DNA of 64,000 bases, taken from an uncultured Candidatus Bathyarchaeia archaeon. Lineage in GTDB: Archaea > Thermoproteota > CALKCG01 > B24. The stretch is from the NCBI GenBank assembly GCA_964568845.1, contig CAZMSC010000003.1:1608-65607 (forward strand), read 5' to 3'. The notes below the pieces were generated by a model. It ran no database searches, was not told where the DNA came from, and saw only the letters and a program-made list of their open reading frames with translations. Position 1 is the stretch's first letter, and every line of letters begins with the position of its first letter. Position numbers and translations under genes: made by a program. Below are positions 19,460-28,333 of this stretch, piece after piece.

Positions 19460-19671
19460 GCCGCATCGAGCACCGGTTGGGTCTATATGTAGCTGCCTCG
19501 TGTGGCAGATTATACGCGTAGGGGATGCGCAACGTCTTAGATGTGTGTTCACTTCGTGAACTACCATTCGGTCTGATGCTTGAATCATGAAAGACCAGTC
19601 CTTATCGGCGGCGTGCGGGATAGGGTTTATCGGTGGGAGGGTTGAACGGCTATAGGTAGCTCACATTACAC

Positions 19672-19956
19672 CTATCCTCCGGCTACAGGAGGGAGGATCG
19701 ATAGGACATCTCCATCTTGAAGTTTTGTTTCAAACCCTTTATCAAGGGAAACATTTCTTCCATTCAGTAGAAAGTTGAGAGATAGCCCTTCAAATTCGCC
19801 AACACCATACAAGTAATCTCTAAACCTTCCACCATACTTAGCGGAGAGCGTTTCCAAGAGCTTTCCAACAGACGTATCTTCTTCCAATTCAACCAATTCC
19901 TCACGTTTTCCCGTAAGCTCCCTTAGAAGAGCGAAATACCTGATTTTAACCTTCAT
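19672..19956 (-). CDS. Ubiquitin-like MoaD/ThiS/SAMP protein
   Basis: VKIRYFA.LRELTG, LLNGRNV, L.DGD....LPPVAGG. Confidence 0.93.
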   Translation of the reverse strand: MKVKIRYFALLRELTGKREELVELEEDTSVGKLLETLSAKYGGRFRDYLYGVGEFEGLSLNFLLNGRNVSLDKGFETKLQDGDVLSILPPVAGG

Positions 19957-19984
19957 GTTCTCAATTTTAGAAGAGGGGAAAGTC

Positions 19985-20731
19985 TTATTTTAATCTGACG
20001 CTGCAAGTAGGGCAGTCACTTCTCTTAGATAACTGGATCGTGTCGAAGCTCATTCTCCTGAAATCTAGGAAAAGCATTCTCCCAACTAAAGGTTCTCCAA
20101 TCCCCGTTAACAGTTTAACCGTTTCCACAACTTCAAGAGATGCCAGTGTTGCTGGAACAGCTCCAATTATCGGAATGGCTTCAGCTTGTGTAACCGGGAT
20201 TTTATGGAAGACGCATTTAAGACATGGGCCTTTCTCAGGTATGATGGTCGTTATTTGACCGTAAAATTCCGATACGGCTGCATGTACGAGGGAGATGTCC
20301 TTCAGAACACAGTAGTCGTTTACGAGGAAACGGGTTTTCCAATTGTCTAGACAGTCTAAGACAACATCTACACTGCCTATAACGTCCTCTATATTATCCT
20401 CGGATAGTTCAACCGGAGCCGCTTCAACTTCAACTTCAGGGTTGAGCGCTTCAAGCTTAGCTTTTGCAACCTCCACTTTAAGCCTTCCTAAATCCGATTG
20501 ATAGCCGAGAATCTGCCTGTTTAAATTGCTGAGTTCAAACCTCTCCCTATCTATGAGGATAACCTTGCCAACTCCAGCAGCCACGAGGTACGTGGCTGCG
20601 GCACAGCCCAACCCTCCAACTCCGACGACGGCCACCTTAGAATTCTTAAGCCTCCTCTGACCTTCTACTCCGAAACCAGGTATGCGGATCTGCCTATCGT
20701 AGCGTTCAAGTTCAGAAGACGATAGAGACAT
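19985..20731 (-). CDS. E1-like activating enzyme (MoeB/ThiF/UbaA family)
   Basis: RYDRQI, G.GGLG, SNLNRQ, DCLDN, PCLKC, C-terminal CPTC. Confidence 0.93.
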   Translation of the reverse strand: MSLSSSELERYDRQIRIPGFGVEGQRRLKNSKVAVVGVGGLGCAAATYLVAAGVGKVILIDRERFELSNLNRQILGYQSDLGRLKVEVAKAKLEALNPEVEVEAAPVELSEDNIEDVIGSVDVVLDCLDNWKTRFLVNDYCVLKDISLVHAAVSEFYGQITTIIPEKGPCLKCVFHKIPVTQAEAIPIIGAVPATLASLEVVETVKLLTGIGEPLVGRMLFLDFRRMSFDTIQLSKRSDCPTCSVRLK

Positions 20732-20812
20732 CGATTAAACATAGACCGTTTTACTCATAAATCTTCCCCTTGGTTAGAAAAACACTTATAATAAACCATT
20801 CGTATAGACAGT

Positions 20813-21055
20813 TTGAGTTTGAAGGTTAGGGTTAAAACATACGGGTTTATAGCTCAAAAACTCGGCAGTAGGTTAGAGCTGGAGCTTGGAGAAGAGGCGA
20901 CCGTAAAAGACCTTATAAGTAAACTATCTGAAAAGCTTAAAGGGTTCGATTTAACGCAGGAGGTCGTCCTCGTAAACGGTAAAGCCGCGAGGCAAGACTA
21001 CATCCTCAGCGATGGAGATGAAGTAACGATAATGCCTGCGGTAGTCGGCGGCTAA
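20813..21055 (+). CDS. Ubiquitin-like MoaD/ThiS (TtuB/SAMP2-like) sulfur carrier
   Basis: LVNG......L.DGDEV.IMPAVVGG. Confidence 0.9.
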   Translation: MSLKVRVKTYGFIAQKLGSRLELELGEEATVKDLISKLSEKLKGFDLTQEVVLVNGKAARQDYILSDGDEVTIMPAVVGG

Positions 21056-21987
21056 ACTACATTACACTTAGAAGCGAGGTATTGCTTAACCTTCTCTTTT
21101 AACCTGCAAAAGCCGCAAACCTCAGTTATAGTCATGTATCCGCAGTATTTACATGGCGCTAGAGCCTCCCTCTTAGCCACCAATCCAAGCTTCTCCTTCC
21201 TCCTCAAGAAGCCTTTGTAGAAGCCCATAATTGAAGATGGCATCTCTTCCTCTATTTCCTGTATAATCTTTTTGAAGAATACGTATTTTCCACCTCTAAG
21301 AGGACATGGATCTTTAACGTGGGGAATGTTCAGAATGTCGCAGTAGAGTTTGGTCTCCTGTTCAAAGGTTAAGCAGAGGGGTTTAGCCCTCTTTCTAAGG
21401 GAGCCCTTTTCCTCCAACACCGGCCACTGTCTTTCTAAAAATTCGCTCCAGAACATTAGGGAGGATAGAAGGTTTGACGCTTCGTCATCTAACGTATGAC
21501 CTGTGACAACCACGTCGAAATCCTTCGCTTCTCTGTTTAAAATATACCTTTTCACCATCCCGCAGACGGCACATACCTCCTTATTCACAATTTTCGCCGC
21601 TACTTTTACGTCAACTTCAACCTCCTTTTTAAAGTCTAGAATCGAAACGGGGAGGTTTTCCTCTTCAGCAAACTTCTCAACAGTTTCTCGACATCTTTCA
21701 GAGTAGTTTTCTTCTTCTATTCGACAGTTGATGTGAAAGAGATGTATGTTATACCCCAGCTCCTTCAAAGACTTAGCTAAGGCCATGCTATCCTTCCCCC
21801 CGGATACGGCGACTACAACCCTATCGCTTTTAGAAAACATTTTAAACTTCTCAATGGTCTTTTGAACCCTCTTCTCAAAGAATAATTGGAAGCAGTCTAT
21901 GCAAAGCCTCAAATTATAACTCTGCAGGTATACGCCGCTTTTCACACAACCACACATCTTACATCTGACTTTCCTAAAACCCTCCAA
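21052..21987 (-). CDS. tRNA 2-thiouridine synthase TtuA/NcsA family
   Basis: N-terminal CxxC/CxxC, PP-loop SGGKDS, CAVCG..KR, TGH.LDD, CP, C-terminal CxxC..CxxC. Confidence 0.9.
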   Translation of the reverse strand: MEGFRKVRCKMCGCVKSGVYLQSYNLRLCIDCFQLFFEKRVQKTIEKFKMFSKSDRVVVAVSGGKDSMALAKSLKELGYNIHLFHINCRIEEENYSERCRETVEKFAEEENLPVSILDFKKEVEVDVKVAAKIVNKEVCAVCGMVKRYILNREAKDFDVVVTGHTLDDEASNLLSSLMFWSEFLERQWPVLEEKGSLRKRAKPLCLTFEQETKLYCDILNIPHVKDPCPLRGGKYVFFKKIIQEIEEEMPSSIMGFYKGFLRRKEKLGLVAKREALAPCKYCGYMTITEVCGFCRLKEKVKQYLASKCNVV

Positions 21988-22298
21988 GTCTCCTCCCCCA
22001 AGTTTGAATTTTAACCTCTTCTAAAGTGGCTCTAAAATGCCACAATTATTTAGAAAGACTATCTTTCAGTTTTTCAATAGGAAAAACAGGTATTTCAATT
22101 TTCATCGCATCCTTTGATGATCATTCAATTGAGGTCGAATCTGTAGAAGGACGCTTACTAAAGTAGTGAAGGATGGGTTATATTTGGTAATTCCAGATAC
22201 CGGTTGCACGTAGAGCGGTTTGAAGAGCGCTTTCACCTGGATGAGGCCTATTGCAAAAATTTATAACATAGTAATAAATCTCTATTTAATAGGATATT

Positions 22299-22634
22299 AT
22301 GGGTTTAAAACCTCCATGTGAGTCATCCGTCAAGTTTATTATCCCAGCTGTAAGGCTCCTCATAGCTAAGAAGCTTATAGAGAAGTATGGGTTTACGCAA
22401 ACTTCAGCCGCTAAAGCTTTAGGTACTACGCAGGCGGCTATAAGCCATTACATGCGGTCTAAACGCGGATGGAAACTCTCTGAGAAACTGATGGATATAG
22501 GCGATGTTAGAGATATTATAGAGGAAGCCGCAGGAGAAATCGCAACATCTAAAAGCCCAGAGGTAGATGCGTTAAATATATGCGAGATCTGCAAGACTAT
22601 TCGGAAGCACATAGATGAGCTGAGAAGCCTATAG
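22299..22634 (+). CDS. HTH transcriptional regulator (COG2522-like)
   Basis: PPCE.....IPAVR..IA..L......Q..AA..LG.TQAAISHY...KRG, C-terminal CxxC. Confidence 0.85.
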   Translation: MGLKPPCESSVKFIIPAVRLLIAKKLIEKYGFTQTSAAKALGTTQAAISHYMRSKRGWKLSEKLMDIGDVRDIIEEAAGEIATSKSPEVDALNICEICKTIRKHIDELRSL

Positions 22635-22841
22635 GAATCTAAATGATCGTGGGGGAGGATGCTTACATTGGACAATTTTAACATAAGGCACTTAATATCC
22701 GTCTTAATCCTCCAATTCTATAATTCATCAGCCGGAGCCTTTGAAACCCTCTAGAGCAGGGGTTGGGTTTGCTCAGTAAATAAAAGCACAGATTTATTAA
22801 GCGCTTGGAGGGCCTTCTTAATAAGAGTATAAGTTGAAAGC

Positions 22842-23051
22842 ATGGACCACGTATTCGTAAGGGCTAAGTTTAGAGGGAGAGGCGTGCTAGAGGTTGATAA
22901 GATGCTAGTGGATAATGGAGCCTCCTTCACAGTAATGCCTCTTGATGTAGCTGAGAAATACTTTATTGAAAGGACTGCTAAAGCTTTATCCGAGGCATGT
23001 AAGGTTTTAAAGACGACTTTTGGGAGTGGGTTGAGAGGTTCGAGAAAGTGA
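22842..23051 (+). pseudogene. Truncated clan AA aspartic-protease-like gene
   Basis: MDHVFVRAK.......V..MLVDNGASFTVMP..VA resembles the start of retropepsin-like proteases (DTG changed to DNG); similarity stops after ~45 aa. Confidence 0.6.
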
Positions 23052-23325
23052 ACACTAAGCCTTCTAAAGCGCTACGAGGTTGATGAATCCTAAGAGCTAC
23101 GTATTCAACGAAGATCACATAGCTTAGAGTCCTAACCCTCCTCCAGGTGTCCTTTTCTAAAACTGTATGATGGGGCTTTGATGCTATGGTTCAAGCCTTT
23201 TTGAGAAGATTCTGAGGAGGCTGTTGATAGCTTTATTATATGGTTGGGTTTAGAAGGAATAAGGATGGAGATTCTAGGAAAGACTTAAACATAGAGTGTT
23301 GAAGAATACGTTATTAGGGGAGTTT

Positions 23326-24150
23326 ATGGTTCATAACCAAGAGTTTATCGAGAAAGTCAGAGACGTCGTTAGAGGATTTAGAGACGTTAAACTGGCTTAC
23401 CTATATGGTAGTTACGCTTGGGGTAGTCCAGGACCTACAAGCGACATCGATATAGCAGTGGTGGTTTCGAATAGGGCGGTAATTCCAACGTTAGCCGCGG
23501 AGATAGCTAAAGCCCTAGGTGTCCCCGAGGATAAGGTTTCGATAGTGGATGTAGATCTGCTTGATGAGGCTTTGAGGCTTAAGATAATTGCACATGGTAT
23601 TAAGCTTGTAGACAGAGGATTTGATGTAAATGTTCTTCTTCCGAGAGCGTTTGAGCTCGTTGAGGTATTTGAAGATGAGAGGTTTTCTTCAATCTCATGG
23701 CTACGCGGCAACCCGGTGGATTTAGAGGTGGTAAGGAATATAGCGGCTGCTATCTTGGAGGATTCTAGGGATTTGAAGGAGTTGCTAGATATAGGCTTTG
23801 AAAGGGTTGTAGGTGATAAGCATGTTAGGAAATCGTTTGAGAGGACTTTTTATACTTTGATAGAGTCTATGATTGATATGCTTAGGCATGTAGTAGCTGG
23901 GTTGAGCCTCGGCGTAGCATCCTACTACAGAGACTATATCGATATATGTTTGAGGAATAACGTCATAAGTATGAATGTAGCCGAAAGAGTTTTAAGGCTT
24001 ATACCAGTCAGACATGCATTGGCTCATAGGTATAGAAGATTAAACTATGAGGAGCTGTGGAAAGAGGCTGAAGAAGCCTACAATACCGCAAAAATACTGG
24101 TGACAGAAGTCAGAGAATACCTTAAGATGGAGTTAAAGATAGAGCTTTAA
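23326..24150 (+). CDS. Fused MNT nucleotidyltransferase and HEPN (DUF86/HepT) RNase, toxin-antitoxin fusion
   Basis: LYGSYA.G....SDIDIAV (GSx10DxD) followed by HEPN Rx4H motif RHALAHRY. Confidence 0.88.
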   Translation: MVHNQEFIEKVRDVVRGFRDVKLAYLYGSYAWGSPGPTSDIDIAVVVSNRAVIPTLAAEIAKALGVPEDKVSIVDVDLLDEALRLKIIAHGIKLVDRGFDVNVLLPRAFELVEVFEDERFSSISWLRGNPVDLEVVRNIAAAILEDSRDLKELLDIGFERVVGDKHVRKSFERTFYTLIESMIDMLRHVVAGLSLGVASYYRDYIDICLRNNVISMNVAERVLRLIPVRHALAHRYRRLNYEELWKEAEEAYNTAKILVTEVREYLKMELKIEL

Positions 24151-24248
24151 CACGCTGTTTAAGAAAACCCAAGCAATACCATCAACTATTAAAAATTGAA
24201 GTAGTCTGGTAGATGAATTGGGAAGATTTTACTTTACACTGCTTTTCG

Positions 24249-25331
24249 CTAACTTGAATCTAACGGAGCCGCGGCGAGCAAAGCCCACTGTTCAATCCAC
24301 CCGTCGCCCTGATAGTCAATAGTCCTCTGCGGCTCTATCACTATCCATTTTCCCTCTTTAAGACCTAGGTTTGTTAGATCTGAAAAGTAATGGTAGGGGA
24401 ACCCCGTTAACTCTTCCAAACACACTAGAACCATAGCATGGTATTCGCCGTTTTCATTGGTGAAAAAACCTATGGCTGAATCTATACCTTCAGCCTCAAA
24501 AAGAGCCGCTACTAGGATGGAGAAGTCATCGCAATCCCCAGACCCATATGTTAAAGTTTCAACGGGAGCTAGAAAAATATCATTAACATCGTTCTCATAG
24601 TGAAAATACTGGTTGACGAAGGCCAACGTCTTCTTAATTTTCTCAGTAGGCGTGTCGTAAGTTTTGACGTCTATTAAAGCAACAACCTGGTCTATCTTCC
24701 TCTTAGCTGTATCGTAGCTATGCTCTCCAACAGTTTCATAGTAGCTCTTTTCTAAATCAGGCCAGTATGGGAGACCCAAGTCGTGCAAGGCCAATTTAGC
24801 GGCGAAATCGGCTTTCATCTGCCAGTAGCTTTCCGTATAAGTCGAAGGCCAATGTTTAACGCCTATAAAGCCCAATTCCTGCCTCAAGTAGTCGTAGTAG
24901 GATTCTAGGCTGTTACCTATCTTTAGAGCCTTCTCCACTTTGAAATCTCTTTGAAGGCTGTTATAGGATTTCGTGAGAGAGTTGAAACTGCTCTGTAGAT
25001 TTTGATAATTTACCTGCAGCGTAACATATCTTCCATTTAAATCTTCATATTTTGAGTATAATGCAACGTAATTTCTACTTAAATTCTCATATTGAGTTAA
25101 AAGCTCAAAGTAACGTGCATATAAAATGTTAAAAGAACTATTCAATTTGTTGTAATTGGTTTGAAGCGTATCTACCTGTTTTTCCAAAAAATTCTTTTCA
25201 TAGTTAAGAGCGGTTATTTGATTTTGCAGATTTACATATGTTAAAACGTTTAAAACAACAAGTATAACAACTAAGACGGAAAGCCCTATCAACCTACCCT
25301 TCTCCACAGCTTTCTTTTGCAAATCTACCAT
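24249..25331 (-). CDS. Membrane-anchored transglutaminase-like cysteine protease with coiled-coil stalk
   Basis: N-terminal TM, Y..L heptads, P.ETL...GDCDDFSIL, HAMV, IE. Confidence 0.85.
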   Translation of the reverse strand: MVDLQKKAVEKGRLIGLSVLVVILVVLNVLTYVNLQNQITALNYEKNFLEKQVDTLQTNYNKLNSSFNILYARYFELLTQYENLSRNYVALYSKYEDLNGRYVTLQVNYQNLQSSFNSLTKSYNSLQRDFKVEKALKIGNSLESYYDYLRQELGFIGVKHWPSTYTESYWQMKADFAAKLALHDLGLPYWPDLEKSYYETVGEHSYDTAKRKIDQVVALIDVKTYDTPTEKIKKTLAFVNQYFHYENDVNDIFLAPVETLTYGSGDCDDFSILVAALFEAEGIDSAIGFFTNENGEYHAMVLVCLEELTGFPYHYFSDLTNLGLKEGKWIVIEPQRTIDYQGDGWIEQWALLAAAPLDSS

Positions 25332-25808
25332 TTTACCACAAATACTACTAACGTGTAGATAATTTATAAGGTTTCACAAGTCTAGAGACTACAAGCAGAG
25401 CCTTTAAATCATATGGAGGAGATATCGATCATACCAATCGTCCATGTTTAGAACGTTTTTAAACGATGGTGGAAGAGAAGACGAATGGTCCTTCCAGCAA
25501 AACAGACGCCCTGCGAAAGGCTGGTGGAACCCTCATCTATAAGACTCCAAAAGAAGAGGGAATAGCATATGGAGAATACAACGAAGAGTTTAAACATGCA
25601 CAGCTACTATAAACCATTTAAAAAACCAAGGGAGGATAGCCGACGACTTTAAATCATATTCCGAAGACTAAACAGAACGGTTTACTGTTAGAAGTGATCA
25701 TAGCTGGGTATTTTTATTTTAGCCGATTTCTATTACGCTTGGAGAAACCTTTATAAGCCGTTTTTTAGAATGAAAACTAATAACGGTGTTATTGAGAGGC
25801 GGTAAACA

Positions 25809-26732
25809 ATGTCGCTCTCTGAGCTTCAGAAGAAGGTTCTTCAGTTGAAGGAGAGGGAGAAGGCTTTGATTTTAGCTCATAATTATCAGCGTCCGGAGGT
25901 TCAGGAGGTGGCGGATTTTGTTGGAGATTCTCTACAGCTTTGCCTTACGGCGGCTAAGGTTGAAGATGTTAAGTATATAGTTTTCTGCGGTGTTGATTTT
26001 ATGGCTGAAACGGCGTCTATTTTAAACCCGGATAAGTTGGTTATAATACCTGATGTTGAGGCTAAATGTCCTATGGCTGCTCAGCTTCCGGCAGAGCTGG
26101 TGGTGGAGGCTAGAAGGAGTTATCCGGATGCAGAGGTCATGCTTTATGTTAACACGTTGGCTGAGGCTAAAGCTGAGGCAGATGTCATATGTACATCTTC
26201 GAACGCTTCAAATATAGCGGGTAAACTCAGCTCCACTAGAATCCTATTCGGACCTGACCGTAATTTAGCACTGTATACGGCTAAACACTGCCCTGGTAAA
26301 GAGATAATTCCAATACCTGAAGACGGCTATTGTATTGTACATAAAATGTTCCGGGTAGAAGATATTCTCAATATTAAGAGAGAATATCCAGACGCCGAAC
26401 TACTGGCGCATCCAGAATGCGACCCAGAGGTTCAAGATTTAGCAGACTTCGTCGGCAGTACAGAGCAGATGTGTAAGAGGTGTCTCGAATCGGCTTCGAA
26501 GAAGTTTATAATTGCGACTGAAATCGGCTTGGTAGACCGCTTGAAAAGAGAACTACCAGGTAAGGAGTATATCCCTGCAGTCAAAAACGCCGTATGCCAC
26601 AACATGAAACTTCACACACTTGAAAAAGTCTACCACGTCCTTGAGAAGAAGAAGCCCATCGTCAGAGTCCCAGATCCCATCGCTGAGAAATCGAGGATTG
26701 CAATAGAAAGAATGCTGAAACTTTCAAAGTGA
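25809..26732 (+). CDS. nadA: Quinolinate synthase A
   Basis: AHNYQ, GDSL, FCGV.FMAE, CPMA, YVNT, C.VH, HPEC, C.NMK. Confidence 0.96.
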   Translation: MSLSELQKKVLQLKEREKALILAHNYQRPEVQEVADFVGDSLQLCLTAAKVEDVKYIVFCGVDFMAETASILNPDKLVIIPDVEAKCPMAAQLPAELVVEARRSYPDAEVMLYVNTLAEAKAEADVICTSSNASNIAGKLSSTRILFGPDRNLALYTAKHCPGKEIIPIPEDGYCIVHKMFRVEDILNIKREYPDAELLAHPECDPEVQDLADFVGSTEQMCKRCLESASKKFIIATEIGLVDRLKRELPGKEYIPAVKNAVCHNMKLHTLEKVYHVLEKKKPIVRVPDPIAEKSRIAIERMLKLSK

Positions 26733-26892
26733 TCTATTCCCACATTAACGAATATGTATAATTTCCATAGCCGCTAGTCTATCACATCGGCGATTTGCGT
26801 TTTACCTACTCGATGTTTCAGTTGTAAATGGTTCTCATCCTTCTAGAAAGATTAGGACCACGTTTAAAACTTCTATTCAACCCATGTATGTA

Positions 26893-27306
26893 TTATCCTA
26901 TTACCCATTTAACACTTTTCTCAGTATACTCCTTCTTCCAGATTGGGACTTCACGTTTTATCCTATCGACTAGTTCAGTTAGAGCTTTATACGCTTCATC
27001 CCGATGCTTAGATGCAACTAGGACATACATTATGTCTTCTCCGGCTAGAACGTCTCCAAGCCTATGCTCAGCAACGACATCTATCAGCCCGTATTTCTTC
27101 TTAACGTCTTCCACGACCTCCTCCAGAACCTTATGGGCTAAAGTCTCATGCGCCTCGTAACAGAGCTTCAACACCTTCCCATCGTCGCTGACAGCTCGGA
27201 CAACCCCTATGAATATGGCTACGGCTCCCACTTCATCCGAAGACCCTTTTAAATACTCTACTAGAGATGGAAGTGGGTCTAGCTTACGGTCTACTTTAAC
27301 CTTCAA
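26893..27306 (-). CDS. moaE: Molybdopterin synthase catalytic subunit MoaE
   Basis: GAVAIF.G.VR, YEA, HRLG....GE, HR.EA, K..VPIWKKE; TTG start just after the moaD stop. Confidence 0.92.
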   Translation of the reverse strand: MKVKVDRKLDPLPSLVEYLKGSSDEVGAVAIFIGVVRAVSDDGKVLKLCYEAHETLAHKVLEEVVEDVKKKYGLIDVVAEHRLGDVLAGEDIMYVLVASKHRDEAYKALTELVDRIKREVPIWKKEYTEKSVKWVIG

Positions 27307-27307
27307 T

Positions 27308-27589
27308 TTAACCACCTGAGGGGGCTGGCATGAAATCCACCACATCGTTTTCACGTAATTTAAGTTCCTGGATGCTCGACTGGTGGATAATAGTGTTATT
27401 GACGGCTACTATTAAACCGCGTCTTAAAGTTCCATCTTCTAAAAATATCCTATCAGCTTTCCCACCAAGTACCGCTTTAAGACTGTTTTTAAGCGCGTTG
27501 AACGATTGGTCGTTTAAATGCACGGTAACCTCTCCAACACCAATATCTTCTCTTAAACTAGCGTAAAACCTCACTTTAACCTGAACCAT
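27308..27589 (-). CDS. moaD: MoaD sulfur carrier
   Basis: VKVRFYASLRE, VAVN, D.V.FMPAPSGG; adjacent to moaE. Confidence 0.9.
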   Translation of the reverse strand: MVQVKVRFYASLREDIGVGEVTVHLNDQSFNALKNSLKAVLGGKADRIFLEDGTLRRGLIVAVNNTIIHQSSIQELKLRENDVVDFMPAPSGG

Positions 27590-27687
27590 CAACCTTCAGT
27601 TAAAGGCTAGTAGTAACCTAAATATATAGTCTCCCCTAGATTAAAATAAGCTTAAATTTATGAGTAATTAAATTAACAGCGACCAAT

Positions 27688-28200
27688 ATGAGCAATCTTC
27701 AAGAAGATTTGAAAAGACTCTGTGGTATTGCTTTAGAGCTTGGAGCTGAAGAGGCTAGAATCATTAAAGCTGAGGATGTTGTGGTGGCAGACTGGGTCCG
27801 TCTCAAATGCCAGTATGGCTGCGATGGATATGGTAAAAGCCTCACATGTCCACCATACTCTCCAACACCTGATCAAACGAGGAAAATACTTTCATGCTAT
27901 AAGTACGCGATCCTAGTGCGTTTTCCACCGGATTCAGAAATTCACAGAGCTATGGCTAAACTCGAAAGGGAGGCCTTCCTATCAGGATACTACTCGGCCT
28001 TCGCCATGGTTGCAGGTCCATGTCCGTTATGCGATGAGTGTAGCTTAGACTATTGCCGTAACCCTGAGTTGGCTAGACCATCTATGGAGGCCTGTGGGAT
28101 AGACGTCTACTCAACCGCTAGAAGAGCCGGCTTCAATATCCACGTGCTTCGCAACCGCGATGAAAAACCCACCTACTACGCCCTACTCCTACTAATATAA
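27688..28200 (+). CDS. DUF2284 Cys-rich metal-binding protein
   Basis: VRLKC.YGC..YG...TCPP, GPC.LC.EC...C..P..ARPSMEACGIDV. Confidence 0.88.
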   Translation: MSNLQEDLKRLCGIALELGAEEARIIKAEDVVVADWVRLKCQYGCDGYGKSLTCPPYSPTPDQTRKILSCYKYAILVRFPPDSEIHRAMAKLEREAFLSGYYSAFAMVAGPCPLCDECSLDYCRNPELARPSMEACGIDVYSTARRAGFNIHVLRNRDEKPTYYALLLLI

Positions 28201-28333
28201 CATCCGGACAGACATTGCACGTTTAAACCTTTAGGCTATTTTTAGACGGCGTTTAACATTACTTCGATCTTCATCGTAGACGTTTAAACAATTAACCTTA
28301 TAGATAGAGACAGATCAAATGTAGATTGGGGAT

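Noticed and set aside
19570..19596. Hammerhead ribozyme (CTGATG...GAAA)
   Set aside because: The core reads CTGATGC, not CTGANGA, and the flanking stems do not fit.
25779..25793. AATAAC-GGT-GTTATT palindrome before nadA as an NAD-regulator site
   Set aside because: Short, AT-rich, single occurrence, and no match to a motif I can name.
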